Part shown: positions 1 through 7,079 of the stretch, one piece after another
Layout: every line of letters starts with the position of its first letter
How positions within the stretch are numbered: the stretch's first letter is position 1
Source of the DNA: an uncultured Fimbriimonadaceae bacterium
Lineage (GTDB): Bacteria; Armatimonadota; Fimbriimonadia; Fimbriimonadales; Fimbriimonadaceae
DNA: 64,000 bases
Assembly (NCBI GenBank): GCA_964586225.1
Contig: CAZPHD010000002.1
Span: 40,372-104,371 of the forward strand
Reading direction: 5' to 3'
Position numbers and translations under genes: made by a program
Notes under the pieces: model-generated
Told to the model about the DNA's origin: nothing
What the model saw: only the letters and a program-made list of their open reading frames with translations
Databases searched by the model: none

Positions 1-162
1 GATTTGCGCCTTCGACTCGTCCGAGAGGCCCAGAATCCACATGACCATGAAGAACGCCATCATGGCGGTCACGAAGTCGGCATAGGCCACCTTCCACGAG
101 CCACCGTGATGGCCGTGCCCATGGGACTTCTTCTTCTTGATGATGATCGGGGTGCCTTCCAT
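1..162 (-). CDS. motB: Flagellar-type stator protein MotB, N-terminal part (runs off window edge)
   Basis: Reverse translation from ATG at 162-160 gives MEGTPIIIKKKKSHGHGHHGGSWKVAYADFVTAMMAFFMVMWILGLSDESKAQI. The basic stretch plus WKVAYADFVTAMMAFF helix is the canonical MotB N-terminus. AGGAG lies just upstream of the ATG. It is downstream of motA on the same strand. Confidence 0.8.
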   Translation of the reverse strand, partial: MEGTPIIIKKKKSHGHGHHGGSWKVAYADFVTAMMAFFMVMWILGLSDESKAQI

Positions 163-171
163 GATCTCCTT

Positions 172-285
172 GATTTCAGATTTCTACATTGACGAAATGG
201 CAAGCATCGTTCGGACAGTCACGTCTGGTTTACGAAACCCCAACATAGAGTCCAAGTCTGAATCTCCAATCATAAATCTGAAATC
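172..285. repeat. 114-bp AT-rich spacer element bounded by a perfect 12-bp inverted repeat (GATTTCAGATTT / AAATCTGAAATC)
   Basis: GATTTCAGATTT at 172-183 and its exact reverse complement at 274-285. It fills almost the whole motA-motB gap, abutting the motA stop (286-288) and the motB RBS. Confidence 0.6.
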
Positions 286-1146
286 CTACGCGGCCTTCTC
301 CTTCACCGCGGTTTCCATCTCCGCAAAGCCAGGGCGGACCGAAGGCTCAATGTTTCGGCGCGCAAACTCCACGCACGTGATCGGCGACTCGCCGCGGGCA
401 AAGCTGAAGAGCGCAAACCGGATGCAGTTCATATAGCTGCTCTCCGCGGCCAGTCGGAGCTCGATCGACTTGGCGATCGGGGCAAACATGCCGTAAGCAA
501 GAAGAATCCCCAGGAACGTACCGACAAGCGCCGCAGCGACCGACTGACCGATGGCGGCGGGGTCGCCGTCGGCGATCTTGCCCATCGTGATGATAACGCC
601 CAAGACGGCGGCGACGATGCCAAAGCCAGGCATCGCGTCTCCGACCGTCTGAATCGCGGTCGCTGGAACCATCTGCTCTTGGTGCGCGGTCTCGAGATCG
701 ATCTCCATCATCTCAGATAGATCGTGCGGGCCAACCGCGCCGGTGAGAATGACCTTCATCGTGTCGCAGAAGAAGTCCTTGGCGTGGTGATTGGCAAGAA
801 ACGACGGATACTTCTTGATGATCTCGCTCTTCTCGGGCTCCTCAATGTGCTGTTCAAGGCCAAGCAGGCCTTCCTTTCGGGCAACGTTGAAGAGTTGGAA
901 CATCATTTTCAGCACGTCCAGGTACGCGGCCTTCGTGAAGGGATCCGGCTTGAGGAGACCCATGACCGCCTTGATCGCGCCCTGGAAGTTCTTCATTCCG
1001 TGGGCGGCGAGGAACGATCCCAGGCCGCAACCGCCGATGATGATGAACTCCGTAACCTGCATAAGAACGGCGATCTTGCCGCCGTGCATGACGTAGCCAA
1101 GCATGGTTGCGACGAGCGCAATGATGATGCCGATGAACGTGAACAT
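286..1146 (-). CDS. motA: Stator/proton-channel protein MotA (MotA/TolQ/ExbB family)
   Basis: ORF 286..1221. Start chosen at the internal ATG giving MFTFIGIIIALVATMLGYVMHGG. The C-terminal half has the MotA channel region (GDAMPGFGIVAAVLGVIITMG ... ALVGTFLGILLAYGMFAPI). It is followed by motB. Confidence 0.85.
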   Translation of the reverse strand: MFTFIGIIIALVATMLGYVMHGGKIAVLMQVTEFIIIGGCGLGSFLAAHGMKNFQGAIKAVMGLLKPDPFTKAAYLDVLKMMFQLFNVARKEGLLGLEQHIEEPEKSEIIKKYPSFLANHHAKDFFCDTMKVILTGAVGPHDLSEMMEIDLETAHQEQMVPATAIQTVGDAMPGFGIVAAVLGVIITMGKIADGDPAAIGQSVAAALVGTFLGILLAYGMFAPIAKSIELRLAAESSYMNCIRFALFSFARGESPITCVEFARRNIEPSVRPGFAEMETAVKEKAA

Positions 1147-1179
1147 AAACCCTGTCCGCAGCCAAGACCGCCCCCGGCA

Positions 1180-3027
1180 ATGTTGCGCGGACGGCGATAC
1201 AATAGAATCATCGGCACGCAACCCCCGTCTACTCTAACCTCCGATGCGAATTCTCGGATTCGTTTACTCGATCCGCACACCGTCAATCAGATCGCGGCGG
1301 GTGAGGTTGTTGAACGCCCGGCCTCCGTGGTCAAGGAGCTCGTCGAAAACGCGCTTGATGCGGGCTCGCGCAGAGTGCTCATTGAGCTTGTGGATGCCGG
1401 GCGCACCCTCATCCGCATCAGCGACGACGGCATTGGCATGGCCCCCGAAGAAGCCCAAATGGCGCTCCAACGCCACGCGACCTCCAAGATCATGTCGGCG
1501 GACGATCTGCTCTTGGTGAGCACGCTCGGCTTCCGCGGTGAGGCCGTTCCATCGATTGCTTCCGTCTCGCGATTCACGCTTAGCACGGGTACCGACGACA
1601 GCGGTCGCACCAAGATCACCGTCGAAGGTGGCACCGTGCAGAACATCACCCGCGTCGCTGGGCCGCGAGGCACCGAGATCACCGTCGAAGACCTGTTCTT
1701 CAACACCCCCGCCCGCCTCAAGTTTCTCAAGAGCGACACGACCGAGCTGTCGGCCGCGCTGGAGCACGTCACCCGCTACGCGATGGCCTACCCGCACGTG
1801 GCGTTCACGGTGACACATAACGGTCAGCAGGCACTTGCCACGACCGGATCGGGCGACTTGCAGCAAGCGATTGCCGAACTGTGGGGCCGCGATCAGGCGC
1901 GAGGCATGGTCCCCGCCGAACTCACCCATCCGAATCTGCGAATCCACGGCTGGGTCAGCCCGCCCTACATGACCCGCCCGACCCGCGCCTACCAGTATGT
2001 TTATGTCAACGGGCGACCGGTCCGCTCGCGGATGCTGACCGCCGCCGTAGACCAGGCCTATCGCGACCTGACGCCCGAGAAGCGATACCCCGGCGTCGTC
2101 CTGATGATCGAGATCGACCCGGCGCGGGTGGATGTGAACGTCTCGCCCACCAAAAGCGAGGTGCGATTCCAGCAAGAGGGGCAGGCGTTTGATGCCATCC
2201 GCACCGCCATCCGTGCCGCTCTCATGGAAAGCGGGATGATGCCCGATGCGGCCGGCATTGCCGCGGCCAACCAGGCTCTGGCGGAAGCTACCGTATCCTC
2301 GCCGATGAGCACGTTCGGGTTGTCGCTCGTCGAAGCGAGCCTCGGTGCCCAGGCGCCTTTGGAGATGCCCGTGCCGATGCCGGAAAGCTCGATCATGCTC
2401 CCGCCGGGGGTGACCGCGGACCGGGAGCGATTCCCGTTTATCGAACTCCTCGAAGGCTTGCGCGTGATCGGCCAGGCGATGAACACCTTCATTATCGCCG
2501 AGACCGCGCGCGGCATCGTGATCATCGACCAACACGTGGCCCACGAGCGGATTCTCTACGAGTATTTGTGTGGACTGAAAGGGCCCCACGCGATCGAAAA
2601 GCAAGCCCTTCTTGCCCCGGAGACGCTCCACCTCGACCGCCCCGCGGCGATAATGCTCCGGGAAAGACTGCAAGAAGTTGTGGAGGTTGGCTTCGATATC
2701 GAGCCGTTTGGGGGCGAGAGTTTTGTGGTGCGTGCGGTTCCGGCGGCGCTGCGGGGTAAGGATCCTCTGAAGGTGTTGCGCGACCTGGTGGATGAACTCG
2801 TGGACAGCGCCGTATCGCGCAAGCTGACCCCAACGCGCGAGGCGATCTGGATCATGAGCGCGTGCAAGATGGCGGTGAAGGCGGGCGATCCGCTCTCACA
2901 CGCCGAGATGGAGAAGCTGATTCTGGACCTCGCGACAACCGAGAATCCTTACTTGTGCCCGCACGGACGCCCGATCACGATCACGCTCTCACGGCACGAG
3001 CTGCTGAAGAAGTTTTACCGGCACTAG
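1180..3027 (+). CDS. mutL: DNA mismatch repair protein MutL
   Basis: IRLLDPHTVNQIAAGEVVERPASVVKELVENALDAGS (GHKL ATPase N-terminus) and a C-terminal dimerisation/endonuclease region (QHVAHERILYE). Homology starts near 1258. The nearest canonical in-frame start is ATG 1180, a 26-aa extension, so the start is uncertain. Confidence 0.9.
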   Translation: MLRGRRYNRIIGTQPPSTLTSDANSRIRLLDPHTVNQIAAGEVVERPASVVKELVENALDAGSRRVLIELVDAGRTLIRISDDGIGMAPEEAQMALQRHATSKIMSADDLLLVSTLGFRGEAVPSIASVSRFTLSTGTDDSGRTKITVEGGTVQNITRVAGPRGTEITVEDLFFNTPARLKFLKSDTTELSAALEHVTRYAMAYPHVAFTVTHNGQQALATTGSGDLQQAIAELWGRDQARGMVPAELTHPNLRIHGWVSPPYMTRPTRAYQYVYVNGRPVRSRMLTAAVDQAYRDLTPEKRYPGVVLMIEIDPARVDVNVSPTKSEVRFQQEGQAFDAIRTAIRAALMESGMMPDAAGIAAANQALAEATVSSPMSTFGLSLVEASLGAQAPLEMPVPMPESSIMLPPGVTADRERFPFIELLEGLRVIGQAMNTFIIAETARGIVIIDQHVAHERILYEYLCGLKGPHAIEKQALLAPETLHLDRPAAIMLRERLQEVVEVGFDIEPFGGESFVVRAVPAALRGKDPLKVLRDLVDELVDSAVSRKLTPTREAIWIMSACKMAVKAGDPLSHAEMEKLILDLATTENPYLCPHGRPITITLSRHELLKKFYRH

Positions 3028-3057
3028 GGGCTTCGCCGGATGTGGCTAGACTCGCAA

Positions 3058-3215
3058 GAAGACCCATTGAGGCGACCGGAAGACCTGTTGAGGCGACCGG
3101 AAGACCCTTTGAGGCGGCCTCAACGACCTTTCTTGCGGCCTCAATGCTCAATTGTCTTGCCTCAATCCGCTGTCTTGGTCGCTCAGTTGGTCTTCACGCG
3201 GCCTCAACATCGGGT
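3058..3215. repeat. Array of a bipartite motif (AAGACC-N3-TTGAGGCG): three 21-bp direct copies, then about five degenerate inverted copies, with a perfect 15-nt palindrome at the junction
   Basis: GGAAGACC(C/T)NTTGAGGCG(A/G)CC x3 at 3058-3119. TTGAGGCGGCCTCAA at 3109-3123. Inverted copies include GGTCGCTCAGTTGGTCTTC and GCGGCCTCAACATCGGGTCT. It lies between the convergent mutL and PilZ genes. Confidence 0.7.
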
Positions 3216-3236
3216 CTGCACTCATCGGCGGTCTGC

Positions 3237-3602
3237 CTAGCTGGCCATCATTTCCCACTGGCGCTGAAACACGCCGTGGACGTACTCGGCAACGGCGACG
3301 CGCTCTTCATGGGATTCGGGTGCGAACTTAAATCCGCTCACAAACATGCCGTCTTCGCCACCCGGATGGCAATAGCGAACGACACCGCGGATCGAGAGCG
3401 GGGCTTTGCCGTCTTGCCCAATCTTCAGATAGAGCGGGCTCTCAACCGGGAGGGCTTCCTTGCTTCGGAGTTGAACACCCCCGAGGCCGATGTCCACGAG
3501 CATCGCTCGATACGGCTCCTCGTCCTCACCGTGATAGATCATCGCGCATTCGACAAAGTCGAATCGTGCGAACAAACGCCCATCAATATTCTGCTGGCTC
3601 AT
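3237..3602 (-). CDS. PilZ domain protein (c-di-GMP receptor type)
   Basis: 121 aa with RxxxR (RLFAR) near the N-terminus and a DxSxxG-like DIGLGG about 25 residues later. Size and beta-rich pattern are typical of stand-alone PilZ proteins. Confidence 0.75.
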   Translation of the reverse strand: MSQQNIDGRLFARFDFVECAMIYHGEDEEPYRAMLVDIGLGGVQLRSKEALPVESPLYLKIGQDGKAPLSIRGVVRYCHPGGEDGMFVSGFKFAPESHEERVAVAEYVHGVFQRQWEMMAS

Positions 3603-3758
3603 CAGTCTTTAGGCCGCGTAGTTGCGGAGTCCCCGTTTGTGTTTTCGGCATCTGAACGCCAAATCTTTCGGTGTTTTTGCTGGACGTTGCCCGCATTCAG
3701 ACCAGGTTGGATGTTTTTCGCCCTCTGAATTCCTCGGCGAAGTACCGAAATCAACCAT

Positions 3759-4163
3759 GTGAAGTTAGGGAACGTGCGACGCGGAACGACATTGGTCGAA
3801 CTCCTGGTAGCCGCCGTGTTTGTTGGCCTCTGCTCGGCCGCCATGCTCGGAGCTATTGGAACCGCATCGCGCGCGACGTCCATCGCCGAAGAGAAGCTGA
3901 TTGCGCTGACCCTCGCCAAGAACGAGCTTGACCTCGCCCGAGCGGCCGCCAACAAGGGAACCATCACCGTCGGAACCCGCAATGAGACGCCCGCCAACAC
4001 GGGCATCAAGTATCCCGTGTCGGTGCAGACGGTCGTCACGGCCGCCGGCGGAGTCGCGGACCTGTTTCTCGTGCGCACACGTGTAAGGTGGGAAAGCGAC
4101 ACGGGCGTGGAACACAGCGGCAGCGTGACTCTCGAGACTTATGTGGTGACCCGTGACTACTAA
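3759..4163 (+). CDS. Prepilin-type N-terminal cleavage/methylation domain protein (pseudopilin/minor pilin)
   Basis: MKLGNVRRG|TTLVELLVAAVFVGL: class III signal peptide with Glu+5 and a hydrophobic helix. GTG start. Confidence 0.7.
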   Translation: MKLGNVRRGTTLVELLVAAVFVGLCSAAMLGAIGTASRATSIAEEKLIALTLAKNELDLARAAANKGTITVGTRNETPANTGIKYPVSVQTVVTAAGGVADLFLVRTRVRWESDTGVEHSGSVTLETYVVTRDY

Positions 4164-4836
4164 ACGAAGCGCTTTCTCGTTGGTTGAGATGATGGTCGCA
4201 ACCGCGATCACCGGGGCAATCGTTGGCGTCCTCGCAAGCATGTTCGTGTTCGTCGGGCATCGCGCCGCCCAGTCCATGAGTCAGAATGGCGTCTTGCTTC
4301 AGGCGCAGGCGCTGAGTGAAGAACTTGAGCGAACCGTGGTGAATGCGCAGAGCTGCCGCGTGGTTGCCGCAACCTCGGGCCCGGCCCTGATGTGTATCCT
4401 GCCGGCCACGGGCAATGACAAGGACAGCGATGGCCTGATTGACCAAGCCCTTCCGATGTGGATTACCCCGAGCGGACATGAAGGCTACGGTGCGGGAAAG
4501 CGCGTCTGGATCTACGCGAATGACAATGGCGGCAACTTGAGCATGTTGTCCGCAAGTTCAGCAAAGCGACTTTGGCGGGCCTATCGAAACGACTCAAGCA
4601 CGCCGACCACTGCCGATATTGATCGGGCGTTCTCGACGTACTTCGACACCGGAAGGTCGCGGTGGCCCCTCATCGATGATGTGACCTTTAGTGTGGATGC
4701 CAACGGGATTGTGACGTTTACGATCAAGGCGACCAAGCAACACCTTAAGGAAGCTCGTTTGGGCACCGGGGCATCCAACACCGGCTCGACCCTCATCCTG
4801 ACCCGCAAGGTCTTTTGCCGCAATTGGAGACGATAA
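4153..4836 (+). CDS. Prepilin-type N-terminal cleavage/methylation domain protein (pseudopilin/minor pilin)
   Basis: MTTKRSA|FSLVEMMVATAITGAIVGVL: FSLVE motif with Glu+5. Overlaps the preceding gene by 11 nt. Confidence 0.7.
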   Translation: MTTKRSAFSLVEMMVATAITGAIVGVLASMFVFVGHRAAQSMSQNGVLLQAQALSEELERTVVNAQSCRVVAATSGPALMCILPATGNDKDSDGLIDQALPMWITPSGHEGYGAGKRVWIYANDNGGNLSMLSASSAKRLWRAYRNDSSTPTTADIDRAFSTYFDTGRSRWPLIDDVTFSVDANGIVTFTIKATKQHLKEARLGTGASNTGSTLILTRKVFCRNWRR

Positions 4837-4838
4837 CC

Positions 4839-5936
4839 ATGGTAGACAATCGCCGAATCCGACACCTTCGCCGAGGCAGCGCCTTGGTGTATTCGAGCAT
4901 GCTCATGGTCGCGATAACGACCGTCGTCGTGACCACTTCCCAACTCAATGCGGCGGCCTCGGGAAAGGCTGAACGGCAGATCGATGCGGTGATGACCGAA
5001 GAGTCAGAGAGCGGTGCCGTAGCCTATGTCAGCGCGCTCTGCAATGCCCAGAGCATCAGCCTGCCCGCAACCTACAACTTGACGCTCAACGGCCAGACCC
5101 AGACGGTCTCGGTCGTCAAGTCAGACGCGACGATGAGTCGGACAATCCGCGTCAACACGGTCGTTAATGGTCGAAGCACGCGGAGCTTTGAGCGGCTGAT
5201 CGCAGGCCGTCAGGCCATCAGCCCTACCTACTACGGCCTCTTTCTCGGTCGCCCGTCCGACTTGAGCTCGTCGGTGATCACAACCACGAACTCGGGTCAC
5301 ATCTTTTGCCGGGGGAATCTAACCCTCAATGGGGCAAGCAACATTGATGGCGAAGTCGCGGCGACTGGCTCTGTAGTAACTAACGGAGCGACGGTTTCCA
5401 AGAACACTCTTTCCGGCGCGCGTGACCGCTTGCCGGCCACCTTCAACAGCGCAGACTACGAAACTGCTGCCGCTGGCCTGGTCAACCTTTTGACATCGCT
5501 CAACTCAATCACGTTCCTAACCCTCGGCTTGGGTCTGCCCTACAACCTGAAGTACTACCGTGGGGACATGCTATTCAAGGGAACAATCAAGGGAAGAGGA
5601 ACCGCTTTCTTTGAGGGGAACCTAACGGTTGAGAACGACGTGAAGTACGACAAGGCGACCGACCAAGCCGTCTTCATCGTTACGGGCAACATGAACATCC
5701 TGAAGAGTTGCGAGAAACTCGACGGAATCTGGATTGTTGCGGGCCACGTCACAACGGAGTCAGATACTAGCGACCTTGAGGTCACGCGCGGAGCGCTTGT
5801 CTTTATGAACCGGCTTGAGTTGAACCGGCCGCTGATCATCAACTCAGACAAAACGTTCTGGACCGATCGCAACGAAGCGGTGCGTCATCGGGCTCCTGGA
5901 TTCTGGCCAACGCCGATCTCTGGACTGCTGCGCTAG
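4839..5936 (+). CDS. PilX-N-like minor pilin / pilus-associated protein
   Basis: ATG 3 nt after the previous stop. RRGSALVYSSMLMVAITTVVV resembles the PilX/GspK-type N-terminus (no Glu+5). The remainder is Thr/Asn/Gly-rich and beta-repetitive. Confidence 0.5.
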   Translation: MVDNRRIRHLRRGSALVYSSMLMVAITTVVVTTSQLNAAASGKAERQIDAVMTEESESGAVAYVSALCNAQSISLPATYNLTLNGQTQTVSVVKSDATMSRTIRVNTVVNGRSTRSFERLIAGRQAISPTYYGLFLGRPSDLSSSVITTTNSGHIFCRGNLTLNGASNIDGEVAATGSVVTNGATVSKNTLSGARDRLPATFNSADYETAAAGLVNLLTSLNSITFLTLGLGLPYNLKYYRGDMLFKGTIKGRGTAFFEGNLTVENDVKYDKATDQAVFIVTGNMNILKSCEKLDGIWIVAGHVTTESDTSDLEVTRGALVFMNRLELNRPLIINSDKTFWTDRNEAVRHRAPGFWPTPISGLLR

Positions 5937-6430
5937 TTCTTCGAGACCTTCTCGTATTCTCCGACCCACGGGGCGTCGGCTTCACCGGGGTAGCTCTCAA
6001 GGAGCATTTCCTTGGTATACACGAAGCTCTCACGCTTGTAATCGGCGAGTTCGAAGTTCTTGCGCAGGACGATCGCACCGGTCGGGCAGGCATCTTGGCA
6101 GTAGCCACAGAAGATGCATCGGATCATGTTGATCTCGTATCGCACGGCGTACCGCTCGCCCGGTGAGAATCGCGCCTCGTCGGTGTTCTCGGCCGCGACC
6201 ACATTAATGCACCGAGCCGGGCAGGCACCGGCGCACAGCGAGCAACCAATGCATCGCTCGAGCCCGGAATCGTAGCGCGTGAGGAAGTGCCGCCAGCGGG
6301 TGCGCGGATACTGCTCGCGGCGCTGCTCGGGATAGAAGACGGTCTCCTTCTTGTGGCGCAGTCGGCGCGCGGTGATTCCAAAGCCCGCGGCGATCGGTTT
6401 GACCACGGTCTTAAACAAGTTCACGCTCAC
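5933..6430 (-). CDS. nuoI: NADH-quinone oxidoreductase subunit I (2x[4Fe-4S])
   Basis: [12 protein letters not shown] and [12 protein letters not shown] ferredoxin motifs in NuoI spacing. The GTG start overlaps the nuoB stop (GTGA). The longer ORF start at 6565 was rejected. Confidence 0.85.
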   Translation of the reverse strand: MSVNLFKTVVKPIAAGFGITARRLRHKKETVFYPEQRREQYPRTRWRHFLTRYDSGLERCIGCSLCAGACPARCINVVAAENTDEARFSPGERYAVRYEINMIRCIFCGYCQDACPTGAIVLRKNFELADYKRESFVYTKEMLLESYPGEADAPWVGEYEKVSKN

Positions 6431-7005
6431 GCTCGCACCTCGGCGGGAGTGTCCTTGTCCAAGGTTCGCGGCGAAACCTCGATCAGCTTGTTGAACTTGC
6501 GTCGTTTGATCTTCTCTTGGAGCTTGATCACAGCGTAGATCAGCGCATCGGGCGACGGCGGGCAACCGGGGACATAGACATCGACCGGCACTACCTGGTC
6601 GGCACCCTGGACGATCGCGTAGTTGTTGTAGACGCCACCGCTACTCGCACACGCGCCCATGCTGATCACCCACTTGGGCTCGGGCATCTGGTCGTAAATC
6701 TGCCGAAGCACCGGGGCCATCTTCTTACTGAGGCGACCGGCAATGATCATCACGTCGGCTTGGCGAGGTGTCGCGCGGAACGCTTCGGAACCGAAGCGGG
6801 CAAGGTCGAACCGCGCGGCGACGGTGCTCATCATCTCGATGGCGCAGCAGGCAAGTCCGAAGGTGAGCGGCCAGAGCGAGTTGGCCCGAGCTTGGTTGAC
6901 CAGCGTGTCGAGCGACGTGATCACGATGTTCCCACCCTTTTGGATGTCGCCGATCACCGGCGTGGAGCTATCGTGCAAGACAATGGTTTCGACCTTCTTC
7001 GGCAT
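6427..7005 (-). CDS. nuoB: NADH-quinone oxidoreductase subunit B
   Basis: [17 protein letters not shown] (tandem-Cys N2 cluster motif), [15 protein letters not shown]. Confidence 0.9.
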   Translation of the reverse strand: MPKKVETIVLHDSSTPVIGDIQKGGNIVITSLDTLVNQARANSLWPLTFGLACCAIEMMSTVAARFDLARFGSEAFRATPRQADVMIIAGRLSKKMAPVLRQIYDQMPEPKWVISMGACASSGGVYNNYAIVQGADQVVPVDVYVPGCPPSPDALIYAVIKLQEKIKRRKFNKLIEVSPRTLDKDTPAEVRA

Positions 7006-7079
7006 GGCGTTCTACCTACTACGCAGTTTACCGAACTCACGCCCCACACTCGCCCAACCGGTAAACTCCCCGAACTCTC

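Noticed and set aside
190-279. 29-codon minus-strand ORF (MIGDSDLDSMLGFRKPDVTVRTMLAISSM) inside the motA-motB spacer element.
   Set aside because: It has no RBS and no hydrophobic or otherwise suggestive composition. It is most likely chance within an AT-rich element.
1180-1260. Initial impression that mutL lacks any canonical start codon, because homology begins at an ATT codon at 1258.
   Set aside because: An in-frame ATG at 1180 (and TTG at 1183) with no intervening stop gives a plausible 26-aa N-terminal extension. A non-canonical start need not be invoked, but the true start remains uncertain.
1264-2673. 469-aa ORF antisense to mutL. The same phenomenon occurs at 8607-9755 (antisense to ileS), 43867-45219 (antisense to the M3 peptidase), 6954-7733, 10278-11132, 42290-43135, 56515-57312 and 49777-50715.
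   Set aside because: These are shadow ORFs, typical of GC-rich DNA. The translations are Arg/Gly/His/Pro-rich with no recognisable motifs, and each is fully covered by a strongly supported gene on the other strand.
3058-3119. Three tandem 21-bp repeats considered as a mini CRISPR array.
   Set aside because: The units are contiguous with no spacers, there are only three copies, inverted copies follow, and no cas genes are in the window.
2862-3728. 288-aa plus-strand ORF (and 3040-3240) whose translation contains repeated PIEATGRPVEATGRPFEAA.
   Set aside because: The peptide repeat is just the 21-bp DNA tandem repeat read in frame. The ORF overlaps the mutL 3' end, crosses the convergent intergenic array and runs antisense through the PilZ gene.
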